Below, piece after piece: positions 53,153 through 62,962 of a stretch of 64,000 nt of DNA. Position 1 is the stretch's first letter. Each line of letters begins with the position of its first letter. A program made the position numbers and the translations under genes. Source of the stretch: a virus; the IMG/VR virus record IMGVR_UViG_3300002835_000015, positions 94,799 to 158,798 of that record; one strand, given 5' to 3'. The notes under the pieces were generated by a model, which saw only the letters and a list, made by a program, of their open reading frames with translations, had not been told where the DNA came from and ran no database searches.

Positions 53153-54850
53153 AAAAATCCCTTTCGTGTAGTGAAGACCAACCAAACCAGATAGCCCCAG
53201 TATACATCTATTATCGGCATTGTCAAGCCCTATCCTTGAAGAAATCTTTTTGCCACAAGTCCTTATGCCACAACAGTTTGTGAAAAACGCCTGCGGCCAC
53301 CCATGCTGCAAAGTCTTATGCAGCAAGGGTTTATGGCTCATTCAAAATCCACGAAGATAATCTGATTGTATCCTCGCGGCTTCACGGTATAACCATCACC
53401 ATAGTCGTAGGTATCGGCCTTTACCGCAGTCATATTCGCCAGAGACTTAGCCTGTCGAATAACGCTACGCTGAGACTCAGCATTACGAGGCTGAAACTCA
53501 TACCGCTTCACCCAACCATAGTTAGCCTCACCGCCAAACGTATCAGTAACCGTCACAACACACTTCGTCATTTTCACTGTCTCCTTTGGTTTTATCTTAT
53601 CACACAATCAAACGTTGTCAAGCATACGGATTCAAGATATCAGCAGCCCAATCCTCAATACGGTTACCAGCAGCACCACGGCTACTGTCTTTCCTGATAG
53701 ATATCTTGCGAACATCATCCGCAAAAAACGTACCACATTCTCCCATGCTACAGTTGTCGAGGGTAACAATAAGAAACTCGTTACCATTGTCGATAACAGC
53801 ATGAGACATGGTGCCAAGAGCATCAGCAGCAGCGAGTCTCATTTCCTGAAGGGTAATCATGTTATTTCCAGTTGTTACGGCGACATTCTTCAGCCCATTC
53901 AGCATCTTCACGACGAGTACGATCATTGTACCCATAACCACCATTAGTCAGGTAGTTATCTTTCACAGCATCATAGCCATCATCACTATCCACAAACGGC
54001 TCGCAATGTTCCTTGCAACGCGAGCAAATATCACCACGATAGATCGTCACACCACAGCAGTCACTCAACATTTTTCACTCTCTTTCTTACTCTTTATATC
54101 GGTATTCTACCAGCCTAAACTTTAGAAGTCAAGCATATTTTTTTGAAAATCGTAAGTTGTTGTGTCTCAATAGTTTGCGTCAAATGCGGCCGCTGGGCCT
54201 TGGCGTAAACTCTTACGCATCAAGGCTTTAGATCACTTGGTCTTAGAGTCGTTCATTTTCTTTAAGGCTTCCACAATCATAGGGATTCCAGAAAACATTT
54301 TTTACCCCATAAGAAAAGTTGCGATACAACCACAAACAAACGCCACAGACAGGACAATCTTATCCTTAATGGTCATTTTATTTCCTTAATGGAAAAACAA
54401 GATCACAAACAAACCAAGCACAACCAAGGCCAACAACAAATCCCACACTGAAACTATTCCAGTCTAGATATATATCGGCCATCCGTAGCCCTTTCCTTTA
54501 GTTATACTTCATCCGAATCATCATCTGAACAATCTCAGGACGAGTCATGATACACTCCCACATATACCAATCACAGAAGTTGAGCCAACCCTGCTCAGTA
54601 ATCTGCCCACGCTGAAACATAGTCCACATGGTTTGATACATTTTACCACCGTTTTCCTTATTAGCATTCTACACTACTATTATCGACTTGTCAAGCCCCA
54701 GTCTTCAATATTTCTAAGTCCTTACTGCACAACAGTTTGCGTCAAACGCTGGCGGCGGGCCTTGGCGTAAAGTGTTACGCTTCAAGGCTTTAGGTCACCA
54801 CCGGCCAGTACCATACCATTTCAATAGTTCATAGACATTTATTGCATACA

Positions 54851-55156
54851 TCACACCACCATGCCTTCCATAAAAGGATATTCCTTACCATTTACAGTCA
54901 CGAACCACTCATACTTGTGCTGATGCACACGAACGGGGCTATACTGGTTGATTCTATCTTTGGTAGTGCTGGTTTGCCATCCCCCCGTTTGCAGGGTATA
55001 GGTATTGTCAGCATGAATCTTTACCACATAGGTACTGTGGAGCAAAATACCAACCGATCCACATGGTAGGATTTCAGCGTAGGTGTTGTTTCCTACCTTG
55101 CGGCTATCCTTATTCCGCTTGCCACGAACCATAGAAACTGCTTCGGCGTGAGTCAT
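54851..55156 (-). CDS. Hypothetical phage early protein
   Basis: GGWQTSTTKDRIN motif; RBS. Confidence 0.6.
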   Translation of the reverse strand: MTHAEAVSMVRGKRNKDSRKVGNNTYAEILPCGSVGILLHSTYVVKIHADNTYTLQTGGWQTSTTKDRINQYSPVRVHQHKYEWFVTVNGKEYPFMEGMVV

Positions 55157-55625
55157 ATTCTTTCCTTTGGTGGTGATGATGTTAGGATTCTACGCTATAA
55201 AACTTATTCTGTCAAGTCTCAACAAAATCAGTAAGTTCATTCTGATTGAAAAGCCCAAACTGGCCATTCTCATCCTTGACGAAAAACATGATCAGCGGCT
55301 TTCCGTTTTCGATGATAACGTCGAAACTGTTGACCACAACCTTAGTACCGGAAAGAGTCTTTGCGGTCATGGTTACTACGTTGGTGATATCATTGGTGAT
55401 CATGTTTTCTCCTTTGTTCTTATATCGACATTATACAGTCCGTTCTTTAGGCTGTCAACAAGAAAATAAAAGATTCTTGATTTGTTCTAAGGTCTTGAAT
55501 CTAAAGAGTTTACGTCAAGTCTGTGCGGCCCGATTCGTCGTAAAGTCTTATGCGACAAGTAGTTAGATTATTATGATATTGGTGTATAAACCATAGTCTA
55601 CATTTCCATACCGGAGACGAGTACT

Positions 55626-56024
55626 ATGGCAAAATATGATCCACAAGAATATCAGCGAAATAAAGAGTCTTACAAGATTAGAAACCAAAGATACAAGAGC
55701 AAACATAGGTCTATGGTGAACCAAAAACAATCGGAATATAGATCAAAAACAAAAGATAAAATCAATCAGTATTCTAAAAGTCGTAGAAATAAAATAAGGA
55801 TTCTATATGATGAATACATGAAAGATAAATCTTGCTTACATTGTGGATATGATGATTCTCGCTCTCTCGTATGGCATCATACCGACCCATCACAAAAGAA
55901 AAATGGAGTTGTTCAGTTGGTTGGTAAAAAACACGGGTGGGATACTATCATGACAGAAATAAACAAATGTATATGCTTATGCCATAATTGTCATAATATA
56001 TTACATAATCACCAGTCACCATAG
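55626..56024 (+). CDS. HNH endonuclease
   Basis: CLHCGY...LVWHH...KCICLCHNCH; opposite strand; GGTGTATAAA at 55581. Confidence 0.85.
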   Translation: MAKYDPQEYQRNKESYKIRNQRYKSKHRSMVNQKQSEYRSKTKDKINQYSKSRRNKIRILYDEYMKDKSCLHCGYDDSRSLVWHHTDPSQKKNGVVQLVGKKHGWDTIMTEINKCICLCHNCHNILHNHQSP

Positions 56025-56308
56025 TCATCCATTGAAGGATTATAGTATTCATCTTCGGCCCAGCCTACTGACCCCATAGCGCTGTCGTGATCTCCATCCA
56101 TGCTGTCATCATAGTGATCATCGTAATCATCATCGTGGTCATCATCCAACTGGCTCTCAATCTCATGATCGGCATCGGCATGATAGGCTGAACTATCCTC
56201 GCCATAGAAAGCGTCATGGTAATCGTAGTTATAATCGTCAAAGTGGCTGCTCATAGTATCTTCCTCATAAGAGTTTTCGGGATCGAACAAAGGATCAGGA
56301 TGACTCAT
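56009..56308 (-). CDS. Asp/His/Tyr-rich acidic protein
   Basis: Start at MSHPDP; DDDHDDDYDDHYDD tract. Confidence 0.65.
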   Translation of the reverse strand: MSHPDPLFDPENSYEEDTMSSHFDDYNYDYHDAFYGEDSSAYHADADHEIESQLDDDHDDDYDDHYDDSMDGDHDSAMGSVGWAEDEYYNPSMDDYGDW

Positions 56309-59300
56309 CTTTTTACTCTTTTGCAATGGTACAGAAACAAAGCCCAACATAGGCCACAACGAACAGCATAGCACTAAACATAGTTTTTGTCAAGCCTCCA
56401 CGATTTCGGGATAAATATCTTCGACCAGAATCTCAGCCAGACCCGTAACCTCTGCCCAATCCATCGGGTGGCAGTCGGGTTCGTCAATCGGCTCTACCAT
56501 AGGCTCGATGATACCCTGCTCTGCAAGGTAACTCAGTTGGCTGTTTGCTTCGTCTAAGTCGTGAAACATTTTCGAGCCCTCGTTGGTTGTGATCATCATG
56601 CCACGATTATACACATAATATCGGCCAATGCAAGTGGAGATATGAATCTTTTTCCTTACAATGCTGCAAGTTTCGCAACTCGTTGACGGATAAGAGTTTA
56701 CGTCAAACGCGGGCGGCGGGCCTCGTCTCAAAGTCTTATGCGGCAAGGCTTTAGGTCAACCCCTCCAACCGAAGGGTGAAACTTCCTCGCCCGATGCCAT
56801 AATGGCAGCATACTGGTCGGCCAACGCTGCCTTACGCTCAGCCGAACCGGGCTTGCCAACGGGTACAATCATGGTATCCTCTCCCCCATTGTAGCGAGAG
56901 TCAACCTTTTCCGCCTTAGCCTTACTACCCTTGCGGAGAGCCTTGCGATTGAACTTGTGAATCTTTTCACTGTGAATCGGGCCATACAATCCATCGGCAA
57001 GGGACGGCTGATGCCGAGTGGCCATACCAACAAAGCACATGCGAACCTGACGCTTGGCATCTTCGATAATCTTGAACTTGGTAGCCATTTTCTTTTTCCT
57101 CTTGGTGATGAACGTATTTTACAGAAACTTTTTTGTCTTGTCAACCCCTCTAGTGGGGGTCATGAGACGCCCATCCAAGAGGCTTTTTCCATACAGAAGT
57201 TATAGAACATATCGTTCAGCATTTCTTCGTAGTTGCTTTCCGTGAGTCTACGCCGATCATTCGTCGCCTCGCACTCAGCAAACAGTTTACCGTCTGCCGT
57301 ATACAGTAGCACCACATTGTACGTTTCGCTACCCCAAATCTGACGCAAAGCATTTTTGATTTCGTTGGATATCATTTTGTTTCCTCTTTCTCTTATATCG
57401 TCATTATACAGGGTATTTCTTAGAGATCAAGCAAAAAGTTTCCTTAAAAGATCGCAAGGTTCGTAAGTCGTTATGCGACAAGACTTTGCGAAAAACCGAG
57501 CCGCCACCGCTCGACGTAAAGTCTTGCGGCTATTGAGTTTACGTTGCGTGAATGAATACCTTTTCGCTCGTGGTCTTATTTGTGATCGTCACAATCCAGT
57601 TACGACCACTACCATCCTCACGCATGATGCCATTCACAAGGCCAGCATAAACCCTACCCTTCGGATCGATCACACTAGTATACTTACCAGCGATCATGGA
57701 CGAGAAGATAGTATTGAGGCTGTTCTGTCGATTGGCGTAGGCGGTTCCGAACATTTTCTTTTTCCTTGTGGTGATGATGAAGTTATTTTACAGAAACTTT
57801 TTTGCTTGTCAATCCCCTCTATCGTAGGGTAATCAAGCCATTGAAGTGCGAGAAGGTAAGAGTAAGAGTCTTGCCAGGATACTTCTGGTCGATATACGCT
57901 TGAGCGGTACTCTTGCGATTATCGGTAGCGGCAACGTGTTGCACTACCATACCATTCTCATCCGTAACCTTCCAAACTTTCTTTTCCACAATCCTAGGAA
58001 GGGTGCCGATGAAGTCGTTGATATGAGTTGCTTGTTCCATCTTCTTTCTCTCTTTCTTGTGATTCTATTCTATCAAAACTTTTTCGTATCGTCAACCCCC
58101 TCAAATGGCGAAGGTGTTCATAAACCTTTCGGCCTCATATGAACTCTTGAACGTAGCAAGCAGTTGACGGTGATATCCATTCGGATACTTCTTTTCCCGA
58201 TAAACCTTATACTTACCCTTCACAACGATCAGAACCAGATTTTCCATTTCTTTCTCTCTTTCCTTTTCTCTTATATCGACATTATACCATCCATACTTTA
58301 GAAGTCAACAAAAATCTTTCCTTACAATATCGTAAGATTTCTTACAGCAAATATCATGCCAAAACTCTGCTTATCTTAAGTTGTTATGCTGTAAGAGTTT
58401 GCGTCAAGCCCCTGCGCCCCGCCTCGCCGTAAAGTGTTATGTAGCAAGGATTTACGTCGAGTGCATACCTCTAGTGGGGGGTTAGCCCACCTTGAACATG
58501 AAAACCCTAGAAATCCCACATGACGATACCCCCCAACTGGGGCAATCATACAGCCAATCGGGCAACCCCTTACAATGGGGAGGATGATAGCCGTCAACGT
58601 GTAGCGTATTATTATCATCCGGCAACCGCTGTACGATCAGGCCATGAGATTCTAGTTTGCAAATCATTTCAGAAACAGACATTATTTTTTCCTTGGGTTG
58701 CATATCATATCCAAGATTATACTTTTTTCGCAAGTATCTTACCTTATCCTTAGTAGCATTTGCGTCCATTCCAATCCGATTCAATCTTGCAAAACTATTC
58801 ATTTTCTTTCCTTGTGAGAGTATTCTATATAATCTCCTTACTGGGGAGATTAGATTCCCTCTCCATCGTCAAGACCGGGAATGTAATCGATATCAGCATG
58901 AGAAACATAGTCGGCGTTGAGCCGACCAACGTTGCCTTCCTCGTCGCGTACAGTAAGGGTATTATCGTCGTTCACCGACTCGACTCGATAAACCGGATAG
59001 TTCTCACAATCAAGCCCATATTCTTCATCACTCTCAACCCAATCGCCAACTGAAAAACTGCCGATCATTTTCTTTTCCTTTTCTCTTCTGTCTTACTTCT
59101 TATATCGACATTATACAGACATATCTTTAGGTTGCAAGCGAAATCTTTTATTTTTTTTATTTTTTTTAGAGAATATATTATTCTTTATTCTTTGGCATAG
59201 CATTTGCTAGGGTCATTTAACGTAAGTCCTTATCCCATAAGAGTTTAGGGCAACTTTTGCGGCCATAACTCGTCGTAAAGTCTTACGCCACAACACTTTA

Positions 59301-59609
59301 GGGCAAGAGGGGGTTTTTTCGTTTTATATCAAGGGGTTTAGAAAATCGCCATACCTTGCGGGTGGTCCAAAAACAATAAGGACCATCATAACAAATTGGC
59401 CAGTTTATTAGCCATTTTCCCCTATAATAATCTTTTATAAATCATCTTTGTGCCGATACAAGTATCAATAATGAGCCCAGTAGCATCGATTCTAAAAAAA
59501 ATGGCCGGGTCATCATATCAATTGGCCAGTTTCCACCAACTAACAATCAACCCTGCACCATATTTTATTCATCTACAGATTACTTACTATATATTAGCCG
59601 AATTCCCCC

Positions 59610-59921
59610 CTAGTATCTATAAACATTATATCCATAGAAATTAGGAGCAGTCGGAACAGGACTATAAAGGAGATAAGCTGGATAAATTACTGTCTGAACA
59701 GGTACTACCTGAGTATTTACTACTGGCTGATAAACTATTGTTGGAACATAGGTAACAGTATTCTGTTGAACATAAGACCATGATACAACTGGTTGAAACT
59801 GCCGAACAGGAGCATAAACTGGCTGAGTATGAATATTTCTTGCTCTTGTCCATTCACAAGCATTACTACTATTTCCAATACAACAATATAAACCACAAAC
59901 TAATAGCATAAAAATTTTCAT
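59610..59921 (-). CDS. Secreted Val/Tyr/Pro-rich protein
   Basis: Signal peptide; AGGAG RBS. Confidence 0.6.
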   Translation of the reverse strand: MKIFMLLVCGLYCCIGNSSNACEWTRARNIHTQPVYAPVRQFQPVVSWSYVQQNTVTYVPTIVYQPVVNTQVVPVQTVIYPAYLLYSPVPTAPNFYGYNVYRY

Positions 59922-60054
59922 TATTAATCTCCTAAAGGTATTTTTGACTTCATGTCACCTTATTATAACGGCCAACCCCCATAAAAACAACAACGGCCAC
60001 AACTAATTTCTTAGCTATGGCCGCCGTTATAATCAATTTTTAATTAAAATAACT

Positions 60055-60300
60055 TTAAGAAAGCACACTCTGCTCAACCTGAATATTCGTTGATGCTGTA
60101 GTAGCAGGCTTTGTCTTTCGTGGACGTCCTCTGCTCTTCTTTAGTGATAACTTTCTTCGCTGTCTACGAACCATGGCAGTACTAATGTTTTGTCCAGTTA
60201 TTTTGCTTAGTGATGCTGCTAAACTCTCATCACATAATACATTATGATTATTTTGAATATAGTCCAATTCTGAGGGTGCCCACTTTTTATAATTAGCCAT
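60055..60300 (-). CDS. Small DNA-binding protein (HTH-like plus AT-hook)
   Basis: KKWAPSELDYI...; KSRGRPRK AT-hook. Confidence 0.65.
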   Translation of the reverse strand: MANYKKWAPSELDYIQNNHNVLCDESLAASLSKITGQNISTAMVRRQRRKLSLKKSRGRPRKTKPATTASTNIQVEQSVLS

Positions 60301-60531
60301 AAAATACTCCTATACTTATTAATTGTTGACAATCATCCATCAAAACATATTATAATAACAGTTGACAAGTTTAGCGCAAGGATAAACATATGACATTTTC
60401 AAATTTAAATTCGCCCAATTTTCCAACCATTACTGATAGCGTACTATCTATAAAAGCTTCTGGATCAGTAAATGATGAAGTTATTAATGATTTATTATTA
60501 GATAACGGAAAGAGCATAGCAGAATTACTAA

Positions 60532-61188
60532 ATGACCAAAAAACAACAGAACAAAGATAAATTGCCCAATGGCGTAGAAACAGAAGAATTTTTATTAGTT
60601 TTGGATAATATTACTAAAAGATTAGCTAATAAATTCAGATTCGCCTATCATAGCATAGAAGATATGAAGCAACAAGCTGCTATTTTTGCTTTGGAAGGAT
60701 TAAAAAATTATGACAAGAAAAGGCCCCTGGAAAACTTTCTTTGGACCCATGTTCGTAATAGACTATTTAATTACAAACGTAATAACTATCAAAGGCCCGA
60801 CAAACCTTGTTTAACTTGTCCATTTTTTGATAAAGGTTGTAAAGTGAGCATTAATCAGTGTGAACAATATAAAAATAAAAATGATTGTGAACTATATGCA
60901 GCATGGGCAAAAAGAAATGAGGCCAAAAAGAATATTATTCAACCAGGTTATATTGAGAATAACACCTCATTAGGCCCATCTCTTCCTGCACCACTATTAG
61001 AAAACCAAGAGTTAATTAAATTTTTAGATTCTAACATACAAAGTGATTATAGAGAAAGTTATTTAAAACTAAAACATGGAACTAAAATTAATAAGACCGA
61101 GCTTAAAAAACTCAAAGCTCATATTCAAAAAATAATGGAGGAAAACAATTGGAAAATAGAAACATTCCAAGAAAACGAGGACAACTAA
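60532..61188 (+). CDS. Second sigma-70-region-2-like phage transcription factor with Cys insert
   Basis: LANKF...EDMKQQAAIFALEGLKNYD...NFLWTHVRNRL; CxxC...C...C insert. Confidence 0.65.
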   Translation: MTKKQQNKDKLPNGVETEEFLLVLDNITKRLANKFRFAYHSIEDMKQQAAIFALEGLKNYDKKRPLENFLWTHVRNRLFNYKRNNYQRPDKPCLTCPFFDKGCKVSINQCEQYKNKNDCELYAAWAKRNEAKKNIIQPGYIENNTSLGPSLPAPLLENQELIKFLDSNIQSDYRESYLKLKHGTKINKTELKKLKAHIQKIMEENNWKIETFQENEDN

Positions 61189-61964
61189 GTTTAGAAGAAG
61201 AAAAATACATTCGTGATAACTATAGTTCAATACCATTACAGCAAATTGCTGATGCTCTAAACAGAAACTTAGCTCCAGTAGAAAGATACGTTAATGAGAA
61301 TCAATTATCTGTGGTTAATAATTCACAAGATGATCAGATACTAAAACAAAAATTACACAGTAAAACCTTTTGGTTAGAAATACTAAGACAATTTGATAAA
61401 GAGAGCGGTGAACTAGAATATTTTGAAAGTACCTGGGTTAATTTAGTCAAACAATTTCGTGAAGATGTTTTACCCGCCGAAGAACTTCAGATTAAACAAT
61501 TTATAACTATTGATATTCTGATTAATCGAAGTATGAAAGAACGAAAGCGTCATATTGCTGAAACTGAAAAATTACAAAAGCAAGTTGACAAAGAATATGA
61601 AAAAAGTGAAGATCAAAGAGACATACCGAAATTGGCTAATTTAGAAACTCAATTAAGTTTTGCTCGTAACAGTATTGCAAACTATACTAACGAATATACT
61701 AAACTTTTAAATGAACAACAAAAGATTAGCAAAGACCTTAAAGCTACTCGTGAACAGCGTATCAAAAGAATAGAAGATGGTAAAAGCAGTTGGACAGGAT
61801 TAATACGCATGTTGGAAGACGAAGAAACACGAGAAAAAGAAGGACGTCAAATGGAGATTATCAGTTTAGCTACCGAAAAATACAAACAGCAATTAGCTGG
61901 CTATCATTCTTTTCAGGATAATACTGTAGATAAACCTCTTTTAACACCAGATACTGTGGAGTAA
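61149..61964 (+). CDS. HTH plus coiled-coil protein (terminase-small-subunit candidate)
   Basis: LQQIADALNR HTH; long coiled coil; upstream of terL. Confidence 0.45.
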   Translation: MENRNIPRKRGQLSLEEEKYIRDNYSSIPLQQIADALNRNLAPVERYVNENQLSVVNNSQDDQILKQKLHSKTFWLEILRQFDKESGELEYFESTWVNLVKQFREDVLPAEELQIKQFITIDILINRSMKERKRHIAETEKLQKQVDKEYEKSEDQRDIPKLANLETQLSFARNSIANYTNEYTKLLNEQQKISKDLKATREQRIKRIEDGKSSWTGLIRMLEDEETREKEGRQMEIISLATEKYKQQLAGYHSFQDNTVDKPLLTPDTVE

Positions 61965-61966
61965 AT

Positions 61967-62962
61967 ATGAAAACAGCAATTGTTACGGGAATAACAGGTC
62001 AAGATGGTAGTTATTTAGCAGAAAATTTATTAGACAAAGATTACAAAGTTATTGGATTATACAGAAGATCCAGTACCAATACCTTCAATAGAATCAAACA
62101 TATAGATAATCCTAATTTTATTTTGCAAGAATATGACATTACTGATCCTAGCGGATGCATATCTTTAATATCATATATCCAACCTGATGAATTTTATAAT
62201 TTGGCGGCCCAAAGTCATGTGGCCACAAGTTTCAAACAACCAACTACAACATTTGAAATTAATGCTATTGGTGTTATTAATGTTTTGGAGGCTATTCGAC
62301 TATTTTCAAAACATACTAAGTTTTATCAGGCTAGTACTAGCGAAATGTTTGGGCGAAATTACTCAGTTGATAGTGATGGTAACAAATATCAAAATGAAGA
62401 AACCTCCTTATTGCCACAAAGTCCTTATGCTGTAGCTAAGTTAGCTAGTCATCGAATGGTTCAAATATACAGAGAGGCTTATAACTTATATTGTTGTAGT
62501 GGAATACTATTTAATCATGAAAGTCCACGACGCGGCGAAAACTTTGTAACGCGTAAGATTACCAGATATATTGGTCGATTAGTTAATAACAAACTACAGC
62601 CAGATGAGAAATTGCGATTAGGAAACATAAAAGCAGTTAGAGACTGGGGACATGCTAAAGACTATGTTGAAGCTATGAGACTAATGCTAAATAACAATAT
62701 AGCCGCAAATGATTTTGTTATTAGCACCGGACAATGCTATAGTGTTGAGCAGTTTTTGCAAATAGCTTTTGGTCTAATAAATAAAGATTGGAATAATTAT
62801 GTTGTTATAGATCCTGAATTCTACAGACCAGCCGAAGTAGATTATCTGAGAGGAAACTCTGATAAAGCTAAAAAGTTACTAGGTTGGGAGCCTAAAATAC
62901 CATTCGAAGATTTAGTCAAAGATATGGTAAATCAAGATATTGAGATAACAAAGAATGATTAG
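61967..62962 (+). CDS. gmd: GDP-mannose 4,6-dehydratase
   Basis: TGITGQDGSYL, YNLAAQSHV, YQASTSE, YAVAK, FNHESPRRG. Confidence 0.96.
   Translation: MKTAIVTGITGQDGSYLAENLLDKDYKVIGLYRRSSTNTFNRIKHIDNPNFILQEYDITDPSGCISLISYIQPDEFYNLAAQSHVATSFKQPTTTFEINAIGVINVLEAIRLFSKHTKFYQASTSEMFGRNYSVDSDGNKYQNEETSLLPQSPYAVAKLASHRMVQIYREAYNLYCCSGILFNHESPRRGENFVTRKITRYIGRLVNNKLQPDEKLRLGNIKAVRDWGHAKDYVEAMRLMLNNNIAANDFVISTGQCYSVEQFLQIAFGLINKDWNNYVVIDPEFYRPAEVDYLRGNSDKAKKLLGWEPKIPFEDLVKDMVNQDIEITKND

Larger units (their letters stand above)
40741..59300. repeat. Repeat family A: 19 copies of a 78-bp double-palindrome element (YAARNNNTT-N7-AANNNYTTR twice, 28-bp GC-rich linker)
   Basis: Starts at 40741, 41952, 43335, 45010, 46374, 47143, 48772, 49985, 50842, 51856, 52636, 53256, 54153, 54715, 55488, 56676, 57464, 58377, 59223; the second palindrome starts exactly 53 bp after the first in every copy; single half-elements near 39538, 40485, 40657. 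Confidence 0.92.

Noticed and set aside
47142-58618. Similar short peptides (PHKTLRRG...VNSY) in ORFs 47142-47369, 58376-58618 and the N-terminal extensions of 52745-53341 and 56390-56746
   Set aside because: They are translations of repeat A; real starts lie downstream of the promoters
40741-59300. Repeat family A as a CRISPR array
   Set aside because: Copies are degenerate, 78 bp long, and separated by 0.5-1.7 kb of genes rather than constant short spacers; no cas genes
40741-59300. Repeat family A as canonical integron attC or dif/Xer sites
   Set aside because: No consistent RYYYAAC/GTTRRRY ends, cassettes have their own promoters, no intI in the window, and the arms do not match the 11-6-11 dif pattern; kept only as an analogy
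40741-59300. Repeat family A as rho-independent terminators
   Set aside because: Pairing is loose with no compensatory pattern I could see and no immediate U-tract; true terminators occur separately (e.g. 40841-40879 next to the first copy)
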